The notes: generated by a model from the letters alone, not told the origin. DNA of 64,000 bases from Promethearchaeota archaeon (GCA_019057865.1 JAHLWP010000001.1:64001-128000); one strand, 5' to 3'. Positions 38,319-49,647 are shown, counted from the stretch's first letter. Program-made: numbers and translations.

Positions 38319-39914
38319 TTATTCAATCTTACTTATTTTTTTAATCCCAAAAAACAATAAGGGAACAGCAATTCCAGCCGAAAGTAATAACATTGGACTT
38401 AGAAAGTAAAATTTTACTAATTCTGGAGATGATGGTGGAGTAAACATGATTATTAGAAACATAAAAAGAAATTGGAAGGGAACCATTTGAAGAACCATTA
38501 AAATAAGATTATTAGTTGTCATTGTACGACCTTTCTCCTCAAATGAAGGAGAAAAACACTGAATACCAACTGCTTGAGATATAACTACTTGACAATAAAT
38601 TAGATAAAAACAAAAGAAAAAGATAATCGTAAAAACATCAAATTCAAAAAAGATAGTGAAAAAAATTGTTAGACCAATAGTCATAAATACATTAAAAATT
38701 AACATTGCTAACATATAAGAATAAACTAGTGAATGAATGTTTCGAGGGCTTCTTTTATAGACCCAAATAAGATCTTTTGAACCAACAAAAATGTAACTAC
38801 CGAAAAGTAAGCCATACATCATACCGCCACTATAAATTAACATTACAACTATTAATGATTCACCAATTATTTCTGTACCCATAGTAAAAGAAAAAACAAC
38901 TCCCAATACACCTACTAGTCCAGATGCATAAGCAATTTTCATAATAGTTTCTCTTCTTCTTAAAAATTCTTTTAACTGAGTAATTATTAATCCTTCCCAT
39001 TTATGTCCTGTGAATTTCCTGATTAATAAATAAAATTTATTTTCTCTTTCAATTATGGTAGTCATTTTTTCTATACCTCCCTCTACAGTAAAGAATTTAT
39101 TAGCCCTTTTATATGATAGGTATAGAATAATGAGGGGAACAAATATAGCAAGAGCGCTACTATACCATATATTCAAAAAGTATCTATTTGTCAAATTATA
39201 GTCTATAAAGTATAGTATAATATTAGAAAACCATAAAGAAGGATAAAGAATTAGCCAATTTCTTAATTGTGGGTTATTAATAAGGTAATTAAACAAAAAT
39301 TGTAAAGAATAGATTATAGCCACCATTGCTATTGAAAGGAGAAATATTAAAACCTTTCCTAAATCTCTTGCACGCTCACTTTTCGCAATCTTATGTTCAA
39401 GCCAGGACGAAACAATTGAACCTAGAAGAGCAGCAAATATTACCATCCCAAAAATACATATGTAGATTATAATATATTGAATAGGAGTAAGGGCTATAAT
39501 TGGATTTAACATTCCTATTATTATTGGGCCTATCAATAAAATAATAGCTGAATAGATAGGAAATTTTCCAATAAATTCTCCTAAAAAAATATCTCCAGAT
39601 GTAGCAGGAGACGCTAATAAAATCTCTTTAAAGCCAATTTCAGTCCTTCTATAAACAGTATTTAATGGATATATAAAAATAAAGAGAAAGAAAGTCATCA
39701 TACCATACTCAATAATAAGAGCAACAGCTAATAGAATTTCAGGAATTTGATCAATTAAAGTTGGCATAAAGAGATTAAAAATGGCTGGACATAAAAAGAA
39801 TGCCCATATTGCTAACAAAGAGTATAATGTTATGAAAAATAGCACTCTATGCTTTCGAAAAAGGCTTGTTCTCAGCCTAAGTTCATTTTTAGCTATTACT
39901 TTCCAGAGGACCAT
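38319..39914 (-). CDS. ABC exporter permease (multi-TM)
   Basis: ~12 TM helices in two halves, adjacent to an ABC ATPase. Confidence 0.8.
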   Translation of the reverse strand: MVLWKVIAKNELRLRTSLFRKHRVLFFITLYSLLAIWAFFLCPAIFNLFMPTLIDQIPEILLAVALIIEYGMMTFFLFIFIYPLNTVYRRTEIGFKEILLASPATSGDIFLGEFIGKFPIYSAIILLIGPIIIGMLNPIIALTPIQYIIIYICIFGMVIFAALLGSIVSSWLEHKIAKSERARDLGKVLIFLLSIAMVAIIYSLQFLFNYLINNPQLRNWLILYPSLWFSNIILYFIDYNLTNRYFLNIWYSSALAIFVPLIILYLSYKRANKFFTVEGGIEKMTTIIERENKFYLLIRKFTGHKWEGLIITQLKEFLRRRETIMKIAYASGLVGVLGVVFSFTMGTEIIGESLIVVMLIYSGGMMYGLLFGSYIFVGSKDLIWVYKRSPRNIHSLVYSYMLAMLIFNVFMTIGLTIFFTIFFEFDVFTIIFFFCFYLIYCQVVISQAVGIQCFSPSFEEKGRTMTTNNLILMVLQMVPFQFLFMFLIIMFTPPSSPELVKFYFLSPMLLLSAGIAVPLLFFGIKKISKIE

Positions 39915-39923
39915 TATTATCTT

Positions 39924-40745
39924 CTATCTTCTTTTCTTCCTTTTCTTTTTTATATCTTTTTCGCTATTATTTGGAGCTTTCTCCCTCCAAGCTAATAAAT
40001 CTTCGATACGAGTGGCACCCATAATTTTTAAATATGCATCTTCTAAATCTTCTGCGTTTGCAGAATCAATAATTTCTTTTGGACTTCCCTCAACTTTTAA
40101 AACTCCTTTATCAATAATCCCTATTAGGTCACATAATTCTTCAGCAGCATCAAGAAGATGAGTACAGATGAAAATAGTCTTATCAGCTTTTTTAGCAAGA
40201 TCAGATATAAGATCTTTTACCATTCTAGTTGCTGCGGGATCTAAGTTTGAAGTGGGTTCATCCAAAAATATTATTTTAGGATCTTGAATCAAGGCAGCAC
40301 ATAAACATACCTTTTGTTTCATACCTCTTGAATAACCTTCTAAAAGATCATTTTCACGCCCTTCTAAATCAAAGAGATCTAAAAATTCTTCAATACGGGA
40401 GGAGATAACTTCCTTAGGTAAATAATATAATTCTCCAACAAATTCTAAGAATTCTTTAGCTGTTAATTTTTGATATAAACCAGGAGATTCTGGTAAAAAA
40501 CCACAATTTATTTTAACTTGTTGGCTTTCAGTTATAATATCATAACCTACAACTTTAGCCGTCCCTGAAGTAGGAGAAATTATTGAATTTAACATTCGGA
40601 CGGTAGTAGTTTTCCCAGCTCCATTAGGACCTAATAATCCATAGGTTATACCATAGCGTATTTTCAAATTAAGATCTTTTACAGCAACTACACTCCCAAA
40701 ATCCTTTGTAAGGTTTTGAGTTGTGATTGCATAATCATCTGAAAT
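39924..40745 (-). CDS. ABC transporter ATP-binding protein
   Basis: GPNGAGKTT, YSRGMKQ, FLDEPT. The frame extends upstream of the track start through 'SDDYAITTQNLTKDFGSVVAVKDLNL'; probable ATT start at 40745. Confidence 0.9.
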   Translation of the reverse strand: MSDDYAITTQNLTKDFGSVVAVKDLNLKIRYGITYGLLGPNGAGKTTTVRMLNSIISPTSGTAKVVGYDIITESQQVKINCGFLPESPGLYQKLTAKEFLEFVGELYYLPKEVISSRIEEFLDLFDLEGRENDLLEGYSRGMKQKVCLCAALIQDPKIIFLDEPTSNLDPAATRMVKDLISDLAKKADKTIFICTHLLDAAEELCDLIGIIDKGVLKVEGSPKEIIDSANAEDLEDAYLKIMGATRIEDLLAWREKAPNNSEKDIKKKRKKRR

Positions 40746-40915
40746 ATATATCGCCTTTTCAATTCATTTATTAATTTTATATTTCAAAATCTTCTTTTAC
40801 AAATAAATCTTATTTGAGGGATTTAGAAAGAATTATTTCCATCCATTTCAATTTCTTTTAATGAAAAGATTCAATTCAATTAATTTTAATATTTCTCGAC
40901 TTTTACATATTTATC

Positions 40916-41875
40916 TTGCAGAGTGAAAATTTAAAAAAAGGCTTAATTTTTGGAACCATTGGAGTTGTTTTTGTTGGTTTACAACCAATTGTCGCAATAT
41001 TAAGACCTTCTGCCATGGATGCATTTCTATTTGCAGCTATGACCTGTTTAGTTGAAACAGCTATATTTTTCCCTTTAATGTTAATAGAGATTAAAAAAAG
41101 AAATTCAAATAAAAAAAATGAAGTTGATGATATAGAATTGGGGATCTCTATTTTAAAGGGTTGGAAAAATAATCTTTGGCTTTTAGTTTTTATAGGGATT
41201 ATCTTTGGAATTAACCAAGTTTTGTTTTTTATAGGGTACGAACTAGCAGGAGCTATAAATGGATCACTAACCCAAAAAACTACCGTCTTTTTTTCATTAA
41301 TTTTTGGATATATAATCTTGAGTGAAAGAATCACAAAATTACAAATAATATTCTCATTTGTCTTATTTTTAGGATTGAGTATAGGCATAACACAATTTTT
41401 TACTCTTTTTGAAATTAATATTACTATATTATATGGTGTGTTAATCTTATTGTTAATAAGTTGTTTATGGATGTTTGGGCATACTATGACTAAACCAATC
41501 TTTAACAGGAATGAAGTTACTCCTATTCAAATGGTTTTCCTTAGAAATAGTCTCTCAGGTCTAATTTTAATTCTTACTTATCTATTAATCTTTCCAATAG
41601 AAAACTTTAAAGTATTATCAGATTTCGACAATCAGGTTTCCTTTATTCTCATGGGAGCAGTCTATGGATCAGGACTTTTTTGTTGGTATAAAACGCTCTC
41701 GTATCTTGATGTGTCTAAAGCGAGTATAGTTTTTGCTCCTACTCCTGTTACCTCTGCTATATTTGCAACAATTATTCTGGGAGAAGTTTTTACGATACCT
41801 CACTTATTTGGGACTATCCTTGTTATAGTATCTATTATAATAATCGTAAGACAAAAAAGAAGTCAAGAAGCCTAA
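40916..41875 (+). CDS. DMT/EamA family transporter
   Basis: 10 TM in two repeats (ILSERIT / ILGEVFT). Confidence 0.85.
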   Translation: MQSENLKKGLIFGTIGVVFVGLQPIVAILRPSAMDAFLFAAMTCLVETAIFFPLMLIEIKKRNSNKKNEVDDIELGISILKGWKNNLWLLVFIGIIFGINQVLFFIGYELAGAINGSLTQKTTVFFSLIFGYIILSERITKLQIIFSFVLFLGLSIGITQFFTLFEINITILYGVLILLLISCLWMFGHTMTKPIFNRNEVTPIQMVFLRNSLSGLILILTYLLIFPIENFKVLSDFDNQVSFILMGAVYGSGLFCWYKTLSYLDVSKASIVFAPTPVTSAIFATIILGEVFTIPHLFGTILVIVSIIIIVRQKRSQEA

Positions 41876-42074
41876 ATATATGAGATAATTCTTAAATTTA
41901 TATAATAAAAATAATATATATATTTTTATATATAGATTAAATTAGATTTCAACTTGAAAATTGAATATTTTTTCATATTCAAAAAGTAATCATAATATTT
42001 AAATATAGAATTATATAGAATTATATGAAGAAATATATTCCTTAATAACATATAGAATAAAATATTCTTTTATT

Positions 42075-42878
42075 ATGATTAGGATGTTAAATAATGAAGT
42101 AGTTGTTGTTAAGAATTTAAAAAAGTTTTTTGGTGAAACTAAGGCTGTAAATGGAATTTCCTTTAATGTTCATCAAGGAGAGATTTTTGGTCTCTTAGGT
42201 CCTAATGGTGCTGGTAAGACTACCACTATCAAATTATTATTAGGTTTACTAGAACCTAATGAGGGAGAAATGAGCATTTTTGGATTAAATCCTGAAAGAG
42301 AAGAAGTCCAAATTAAACGTAGAATTGGATATGTTTCAGAAGAACCCCTTATTTTCAAATCACTCACACCAAAAGATCTATTTAACTTTATAGCATCCAT
42401 CCGTGGATTAGAAGAAGAAGCAACCACTGAACGTGCCAGAGAGTATTTAGAAAGTCTAGATGCCATTGAATATTATGATCAATTAATTGCTACTTTATCA
42501 CACGGGAATAAGCAAAAATTGCAAATTGTTGCTGCAATATTACATGAGCCTGATTTACTTATTTTAGATGAGCCCATCGCTGGTCTTGACGCTAAATCTG
42601 TTAGAGTAGTCAAAGAGGTACTGGATCTACATGTTGAAAATGGTGGTTCGGTTCTATTTTCAACTCATATAATGGAAATCGCTCAAAATCTATGTGATCG
42701 AATAGCTATCATAAATAAGGGTAAAATTGTAGGAATTGGTACTTTTGAAGAACTGCGTCATCAAGCTAATAAAGTTGGAGCGAGTTTAGAAGATGTATTT
42801 TTACGTCTTACTGAACAAGATACTTCAGTAAATGAGATTGTTAAAAAATTACGGGCATCGGCTAAGAAGAAAAAATAG
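42075..42878 (+). CDS. ABC transporter ATP-binding protein
   Basis: GPNGAGKTT, LSHGNKQK, ILDEP. Confidence 0.93.
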   Translation: MIRMLNNEVVVVKNLKKFFGETKAVNGISFNVHQGEIFGLLGPNGAGKTTTIKLLLGLLEPNEGEMSIFGLNPEREEVQIKRRIGYVSEEPLIFKSLTPKDLFNFIASIRGLEEEATTERAREYLESLDAIEYYDQLIATLSHGNKQKLQIVAAILHEPDLLILDEPIAGLDAKSVRVVKEVLDLHVENGGSVLFSTHIMEIAQNLCDRIAIINKGKIVGIGTFEELRHQANKVGASLEDVFLRLTEQDTSVNEIVKKLRASAKKKK

Positions 42879-42892
42879 CAGGGAAACTAAAG

Positions 42893-45463
42893 ATGGAAGA
42901 GAAAAAGTTGAAATATTATCGTTTAGCAAAATATCCCACTTATGAAATTTTAATGGATGGACAACTAGCAAGTGCAGGCGCTCATCAAGCAAGACTTATT
43001 GAGAAATTTAAGAAAAATAAAAAGTATATTAAAAATCAATTTTTAGCTCTTAAATTTATTTTTGCATTTCTCCTTTTATTTATACCTATTTTGCCATTAG
43101 CCACATATTTAGAGATCTTAGGTCATATTGGAGATGGTACATATACAATAAATACGATCTTATTTATGTCCAGTTTTATTTTTGGAATATATTTTGCCAT
43201 GACATTCTTATACATGATATTGTTCGGTATGATTTCAACAAGCTCATTCATGTCAGGCAACTCATTCAAATGGTTACAGACTCTTCCCTTTTCTAAAAAG
43301 GATTTGAAAAAAATAGGATTGATGACCCTTTTTCGCAATTTTGATGTTCCACTTATAATATTAGTCTTAGGATTTCCAATAATAATGTTAATTGGAACTC
43401 AAAACTTCTTAATTTTCATTTCATCGCTATTAGTTTCTTTTCTAAATGTTGTTTTTAGCTTTAGCTTACTTATTATTTTGGGAGAAAAATTAAGTTATCT
43501 TTTCTCAGAATCAAAGGATAAATCAAAAAAAGTGAATATAGTTAGAATTGTAACTATGCTTGGTTATTTCATTATTGCTTTTGGATCTGGATTAGTTATG
43601 AGCTGGGGATTTAGTTCTATTGATACGTTTTTAGAGATTTTCGCCACTAACGAGCCTTCTATAACAATAAACATAATTTTAAGCTTAATTTTGTTCCCAT
43701 TTACTCTTGGATATTTCCTATCATTAAGTATCAAGCCAAATCAGGTTCCTTTAGGGATATTATTAAGCACACTCATTGGTTTTGCTTTATTCATATTAGT
43801 AACATGGGCTTTATTTCGAACTGCAAGACGAGCTCTACGGAGCACAATTTCTACTGAAATAAAAGTTGAAAAAGTAGAGAAGAAAGAGGTTCAAGTCGAA
43901 ATAAAACCTTTATCTGCTATTCGTGCATATGTACGGAAAGATTTAGTATCAAGTACACGTGATATGCAATCTTTTATGTTTATCTTTTTCCCCATTTTCT
44001 ATCCTATAATATTAGTTTTAACACTACAAGGGCCAATTATTAATGAGATTGCAACTATAGAAGGTCTATTAATCTTATGGTCAATGGTGCTTATGGTTTA
44101 TCTTTTTATTCCACCAATGTTAATTGCAGGTTTTCTAAACCTTGAAGAATCAGGTTCATCAACAATATCATCATTACCAATTATCCCTCGCGATCAAGCA
44201 AAGGCTAAAATTATTTTGATGTTTTCTATCCAGGGTATATCGCTCATATTTATATCTATTATGCTCACAATACTAACTAATTCAATACTGGTATTACTCT
44301 TATTCTTAGTTACATTACCTTTTGCTTGGATTTTATTGTTATTCGTGTTTGAAATGAAGATTAAGCTGTTTGGTCGAATGAAATATAAGTATATTTTAGA
44401 AGAATTACAAAGAGAGCATAAGATAACAAAATGGATCAGTATGATACTTTCTGAATTTGCTATTTATTTTGTGATTTTAACAACAGGAACAATTCTGTTT
44501 ATTAGTTTTGATATAATTCCCACACTCATCACACTATTTATTATTGGCGTTAGTGGATTATCAATTTTAGTATTTATTTTTACAAGGATGTTTCCAAAAG
44601 CAGAAAAAATGGCAGAATACAAAACAGGAGGATTATTAAGAGAACATATAAATGTTGGAACTCTTGTATTATTGATATTATATTTTATTTTCCTTTTTCT
44701 TCCAGGTTTTGTAATACTACCCCTATCACCATTCTTACTTGATATACCCACGGTATCTGCTCTATTTATTGAATTTTTCATAATAGTTGGATTTTTAATT
44801 CTATTATGGCAGATAATAGTTCCATACGGGTTAAAGCTTCCAAATGGAGAAATGACTTTTATAGAACATGCTCGATCGATCGGTTTAAGTAGAATGAGAC
44901 CATTATGGAGAAATTTGGTGATTGGATTAGGTAGTATTGCATTATTTGGATTATCAACAGTGCTTTTAGGAGAATTATTAGGCACATATTATTTTATTCC
45001 TGAAGTGTTATTTTTTGGATTTAATTGGTTTTTATTTGTAATCATGTTAATACCTGGAATTTGGGAAGAAGTAGCCTTTAGAGGAGTAATTTTAAACTTA
45101 CAACTGCGTAAATACAGTAAATTAACAGTTGTCTTTCTTAACGGGATAATATTTGGATTATTCCATTTTGTTAATTTACTTGGGCAAAATCTCTTTTTAA
45201 CGGTTTTACAAGTGATATATGCTTCTTGTTTAGGTATTTCATTTGCCTATATGTTCATTAAGACAAATAGTTTATTACCAAGTATATTAGTTCATTATTT
45301 AATCAATTCTGTTGGTCAATTTTTCTTAACAATCGAGATACAAAATAAAGTAAATTTAGCTTTATTTGCTGTATTCGGAGTTGGAGTTATTCCCATGATA
45401 CTAATCATGATTTTAGTTAAATTAGTGGTTAAAAGCGATACTCGGCAGATAAGTCCAATATAA
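42893..45463 (+). CDS. ABC exporter permease fused to a CPBP (CAAX/Abi) intramembrane protease
   Basis: Multi-TM permease-like N-terminus; C-terminal WEEVAFRG, FGLFH, HYLIN motifs. Confidence 0.82.
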   Translation: MEEKKLKYYRLAKYPTYEILMDGQLASAGAHQARLIEKFKKNKKYIKNQFLALKFIFAFLLLFIPILPLATYLEILGHIGDGTYTINTILFMSSFIFGIYFAMTFLYMILFGMISTSSFMSGNSFKWLQTLPFSKKDLKKIGLMTLFRNFDVPLIILVLGFPIIMLIGTQNFLIFISSLLVSFLNVVFSFSLLIILGEKLSYLFSESKDKSKKVNIVRIVTMLGYFIIAFGSGLVMSWGFSSIDTFLEIFATNEPSITINIILSLILFPFTLGYFLSLSIKPNQVPLGILLSTLIGFALFILVTWALFRTARRALRSTISTEIKVEKVEKKEVQVEIKPLSAIRAYVRKDLVSSTRDMQSFMFIFFPIFYPIILVLTLQGPIINEIATIEGLLILWSMVLMVYLFIPPMLIAGFLNLEESGSSTISSLPIIPRDQAKAKIILMFSIQGISLIFISIMLTILTNSILVLLLFLVTLPFAWILLLFVFEMKIKLFGRMKYKYILEELQREHKITKWISMILSEFAIYFVILTTGTILFISFDIIPTLITLFIIGVSGLSILVFIFTRMFPKAEKMAEYKTGGLLREHINVGTLVLLILYFIFLFLPGFVILPLSPFLLDIPTVSALFIEFFIIVGFLILLWQIIVPYGLKLPNGEMTFIEHARSIGLSRMRPLWRNLVIGLGSIALFGLSTVLLGELLGTYYFIPEVLFFGFNWFLFVIMLIPGIWEEVAFRGVILNLQLRKYSKLTVVFLNGIIFGLFHFVNLLGQNLFLTVLQVIYASCLGISFAYMFIKTNSLLPSILVHYLINSVGQFFLTIEIQNKVNLALFAVFGVGVIPMILIMILVKLVVKSDTRQISPI

Positions 45464-45566
45464 ATAATTTTATTTATTTTTTATTATTCCATTATTCTCT
45501 TTATTGAAATTCGTTAATTTTTATGATTATAAACATAAGGTAACAGATTCGAGAATTTAATATCTG

Positions 45567-47243
45567 TTGAAAAACTTTATATATCAAAAGAAATTAGGGA
45601 CTTTTATTTTGAAGGAAAAAAAATTAATTTTAAAAAGTACTTTAATCAAGAATGGAAGAATAATTGATGGAACAGGAAATCCTTGGTTTAAAGCCGATTT
45701 ATTAATCGAGAATGGAAGAATTAAAGAAATTGCTCGAAAAATTAAAGCCAAAGATGGTAATGAAGTAATTGATGCATCAAGACTAATAGTTTCACCAGGT
45801 TTAATTGACATTCATACTCATTCAGATCAGACAATTTTTTCAAGCCTAGGTGAGAATGTATTAACTCAAGGTGTGACTACTCACGTAGTTGGTAACTGTG
45901 GATTTTCTATAACTCCTATAGATCCTGAATCAATTAATGATGAAATCTATGATATGGTTAAATCTATGCTTGAATTCGGGAAGGATTATAGACTATACCG
46001 ACATCTGAATAAATATTTAGAAGATTTAGAAAAAAATAGGATCCCAATTAATATTGTTCCATTAATAGGTCATTCTATGATAAGAATCATGGTCTTGGGA
46101 GTAGAAAAAAGAGAACCTAATCCTGAAGAATTACAAAAAATGAAAGACATTCTAAGAGAAGAAATGGAATTAGGAGCATTCGGCTTGTCTACAGGGTTAG
46201 ATTATCCTCCGGGTTCTTTTGCTAAAACAGATGAAATTATTGAGCTTTGTAAAGTTGTTTCTGAATTCGATGGAATTTTTACTACTCATTTTCGGGGATT
46301 TGGAAGCGGATTGGTTAGAGCTACGAAAGAAGCAGTCAAAATTGCAAGATCAGGAATACCAGTAGAAATTTCTCATTTTAAACCGTTTGGATTTTGGCCG
46401 GGAGATATAAGAAAAGCATGCAAGATAGTCGAAAAAGCTCGTGAAGAAGGTTTAGATGTCACTTTTGACGTTTTTCCTCACGCATCAAATTATACCTTCT
46501 TATTTGCAATAGTACCACCATGGGTTTATCTTTCAAAAGATAGATTAGACATTCCCCGTGCGATTGATATACTAAAAAAAAGCAGAACTGATAATAATTT
46601 AAAAAATAAGATACTTCAAGAAATGAGCACGATAGTGGGTAGTTTTTTGAATATTAAAGACGATAAAGATTGGGTGAAGGTATACATAAATGCTCCAAAA
46701 AGCAAAGAATATAATGGTAAACACGTTTACCAAATTTCATTAGAGAAAAATATCGATCCAAGAGAAGCTATTATTGATATTTTAATTAATCAGAATGGGA
46801 CTGTAAATGCATCATATCTTTCAATTACTGCTGAAGATAATATTGTAACAATTGTACATCCACTCTCTATGATAGCCTCTGATGGGCTCATTATACCAGA
46901 AAAGTCTGATGTTTTTCCAAATCCTTATTGTAATGGTACATTTACTCAAGTGTTAGGAAAATATGTCCGTAAAGAAAAACTTCTTACTTTACATGATGCA
47001 ATTAGAAAGATGACTTCATTTCCAGCCCAAAAATTGGGTTTAAAAAATCGAGGTTTACTTAAAGAAGGATATTGGGCAGATGTAACCATATTTGATGCAG
47101 ATAAAATAATTGATAAGGCAACTTACGAAAATCCGCGATTATATTCCGAAGGAGTTGTATATGTTTTTGTAAATGGAGTGCTTGCTTATAATAAGGGAGT
47201 CTTTACAGAGAGTTTGTCTGGAATGCCTTTAAGAAGAAGTTAA
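45567..47243 (+). CDS. N-acyl-D-amino-acid deacylase (amidohydrolase)
   Basis: IIDGTGNP, PGLIDIHTHSD, GNCG, STGLDYPPG, RKMTSFPA; true start probably ~20 codons downstream. Confidence 0.9.
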   Translation: MKNFIYQKKLGTFILKEKKLILKSTLIKNGRIIDGTGNPWFKADLLIENGRIKEIARKIKAKDGNEVIDASRLIVSPGLIDIHTHSDQTIFSSLGENVLTQGVTTHVVGNCGFSITPIDPESINDEIYDMVKSMLEFGKDYRLYRHLNKYLEDLEKNRIPINIVPLIGHSMIRIMVLGVEKREPNPEELQKMKDILREEMELGAFGLSTGLDYPPGSFAKTDEIIELCKVVSEFDGIFTTHFRGFGSGLVRATKEAVKIARSGIPVEISHFKPFGFWPGDIRKACKIVEKAREEGLDVTFDVFPHASNYTFLFAIVPPWVYLSKDRLDIPRAIDILKKSRTDNNLKNKILQEMSTIVGSFLNIKDDKDWVKVYINAPKSKEYNGKHVYQISLEKNIDPREAIIDILINQNGTVNASYLSITAEDNIVTIVHPLSMIASDGLIIPEKSDVFPNPYCNGTFTQVLGKYVRKEKLLTLHDAIRKMTSFPAQKLGLKNRGLLKEGYWADVTIFDADKIIDKATYENPRLYSEGVVYVFVNGVLAYNKGVFTESLSGMPLRRS

Positions 47244-47249
47244 TTGTAT

Positions 47250-48539
47250 TTATTTATTAAAAACATGTTTTTCATTCAATAGAAAAGCAATACAAATTCG
47301 TAAGGCAACTTCTAAGGTTTCAGGCTTAATTTTATCTATTGTGTCTGTAGATTGATGGTAATATCGTGAACGAGTTTTCCAATCCGCAGAATTCAGAAAT
47401 CCTGCTTTAATACCTGCTTTTGAAAATGCAGCTGCATCAGAACCCCCACTTAGGCGTCCTAAGGTTTTTTCTAATTTTCCTGCTCCAAATCGTTTAGCTT
47501 CAACACCCACATTTTCAGCTGCTTTTAAAAGTTTTTGAATCACCTCTTCTGAGTGCCAAGTTCTTGTTGTAGGTTCGAATTCTATTATATAAAATCCATC
47601 TGGGGTTTCAAGACCATCCATATTCACTATATAGGCGTCATACTTCTGTAATTCTTCTAAATGGGTTGCTGCATATCTAAATGCACCCCGTAAACCACTT
47701 TCTTCACAACCAAAACTTATAAGTCTTATTTCTGTATTATCTGGTATTATATCTCTATGATTTTTTAAATATCGCCCTAGTCCTTGGACAACTGAACAGC
47801 TACTTAGGTTATCTACAGCTCCTGGAACAACATTTCCCTTATCCCCTAAAGGTACAAAGAAAAAAAGCCCAATAAAACATGGACTTCCGATTATTAGCGT
47901 CCAAACCACCACGTTAAAAAATAAGGATTTAAGCTTAATCAATCCAACTATTATAAATATTAAATTCAAGCAGGAAAGGACTAGCCACATCAACATTATT
48001 AATATTGCTCCAAAAGCAAGTGGTATAAAACCCCAACCCAAAAGTTTCAATAATTTAAATTCAATTGCTGAATCCATGTGACTTGAAAAAATGATGATTT
48101 TTTTAAGTTCTTCTTTTGTTTTAAAGCTTCCTATTACATTTTGAGAAGTTTTTTTACGAAAAATGGGATCAATAAACTCTTTATAATTAAAGAATTCTTC
48201 CCACATTATTAAAAATGGTAATAATATCGATAAAAATGAACATATCGATAAAATCAAAAACCAGATATATTCAGTAAACAATTGAATCAAAAAGTAAAGA
48301 AAAAATGACACAACCACTAATACCATATCAAGTTTAATCCAACCCAAAAAAGCTTTAGGATGGCATGTAAACGACTCTATAACGGCTTTATCACAGGATT
48401 TTTCAAATTCTCTTTTAATTATTTCTGCAGCTTTAGCTTCTTGCGGACTGCATGGCATTCTTGGTCCAACTTCCTCGATAATCCCCTGAACAAAACCATA
48501 CATATATTTTGAATCTTCTTCTGTAATATCAATATTCAT
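47250..48539 (-). CDS. M28-family peptidase with transmembrane insertions
   Basis: SHMDS, PGAVDNLS, GCEESGLRG, GGSDAAAF, YHQSTD. Confidence 0.88.
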   Translation of the reverse strand: MNIDITEEDSKYMYGFVQGIIEEVGPRMPCSPQEAKAAEIIKREFEKSCDKAVIESFTCHPKAFLGWIKLDMVLVVVSFFLYFLIQLFTEYIWFLILSICSFLSILLPFLIMWEEFFNYKEFIDPIFRKKTSQNVIGSFKTKEELKKIIIFSSHMDSAIEFKLLKLLGWGFIPLAFGAILIMLMWLVLSCLNLIFIIVGLIKLKSLFFNVVVWTLIIGSPCFIGLFFFVPLGDKGNVVPGAVDNLSSCSVVQGLGRYLKNHRDIIPDNTEIRLISFGCEESGLRGAFRYAATHLEELQKYDAYIVNMDGLETPDGFYIIEFEPTTRTWHSEEVIQKLLKAAENVGVEAKRFGAGKLEKTLGRLSGGSDAAAFSKAGIKAGFLNSADWKTRSRYYHQSTDTIDKIKPETLEVALRICIAFLLNEKHVFNK

Positions 48540-48706
48540 AGAGCTGCCCTAAATCCTTTTTTTATAGAATTATACTTAATAACAATTAAGATATAGTATG
48601 AAAAACTTAAGGATTAATCTAAATTAAAATTATTCACTCAAAACAGAAAGAGAATTTAACAATCCTTTTATAGATTCAGACCATTGATATAATTAAGTGC
48701 AAAGCT

Positions 48707-49432
48707 ATGGTCGATATGGCAGAGCAATATGTATGTAAGGTATGTGGTTTCAATATAATAGGGTACTATCCAGAATTCTGTCCATTTTGTGGAGCTTCAA
48801 ATGATCATTTTATTACCGCAGAAGAATGTTCTCAAAGATATAAGATTATTACCACTAAAGTAAATAATGAAGTGACACGGTTAAATTCCTTACCACCTTT
48901 AGGACTTGAACATGCTGCTTACAGTATTGAAATAAATGGAAAATTTATTTGGATTGATTGCCCTTCTACATTTAGTAAGGACCTTGAATCGATGGATAAA
49001 ATATTATTTACGCATCACCATTTTCTTGGTGCATCAAATCTTTTTAGAGATTATTATACAACATTTATTTGGATTCATAAGAAAGATTCAGAGCATGCAC
49101 TTGCTAAAAGACACCCCTTCGACAAAAAATTTAAACAAAATTTCGAGTTAACCGGAATTAAAGCATTTCATATAGATGGACACACACCAGGGTTCACTTT
49201 TTATGTATTCGAAGATGTTCTTTTTATTTGTGATTATTTTTTTCTTAAGAATAAAGAAATAATATATAATCCTTACGGTCCTTCAAAAGCCACTAGAGCA
49301 GGTGCCACCAAACTAAAGAATTTTCTTAGAACACATGAAATAAATATAGTTTGTGGTTATAATTATGTATTAGATTTTAAAGACTGGAAAATGAGATTTG
49401 ATAACCTTTTAAATTCAGAAAAAGGAAAGTAA
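48707..49432 (+). CDS. Rubredoxin-like zinc ribbon + metallo-beta-lactamase-fold protein
   Basis: CKVCG...CPFCGA; THHHFLG, GHTPG. Confidence 0.8.
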   Translation: MVDMAEQYVCKVCGFNIIGYYPEFCPFCGASNDHFITAEECSQRYKIITTKVNNEVTRLNSLPPLGLEHAAYSIEINGKFIWIDCPSTFSKDLESMDKILFTHHHFLGASNLFRDYYTTFIWIHKKDSEHALAKRHPFDKKFKQNFELTGIKAFHIDGHTPGFTFYVFEDVLFICDYFFLKNKEIIYNPYGPSKATRAGATKLKNFLRTHEINIVCGYNYVLDFKDWKMRFDNLLNSEKGK

Positions 49433-49446
49433 TGTCACTTTGTTTA

Positions 49447-49647
49447 TCATTTTACTAATATTGCATTCGTTGGACAAATTTCTATACAGCATTCGCATTC
49501 ACTGCAATTTCCATTTGGATCCTCAAAAATTACTTGTCTATGATCCCCCACCTTGGTAGGGGGCTTATAAAATAAGTCGAGTGGGCATATTTCGACGCAT
49601 TCTACACATTTAATACATTTATCGTTATCTATTCCTATTACTCTCAA
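49447..49647 (-). CDS. 2x[4Fe-4S] ferredoxin
   Basis: CIKCVECVEICP, CSECECCIEICP. Confidence 0.85.
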   Translation of the reverse strand: MRVIGIDNDKCIKCVECVEICPLDLFYKPPTKVGDHRQVIFEDPNGNCSECECCIEICPTNAILVK

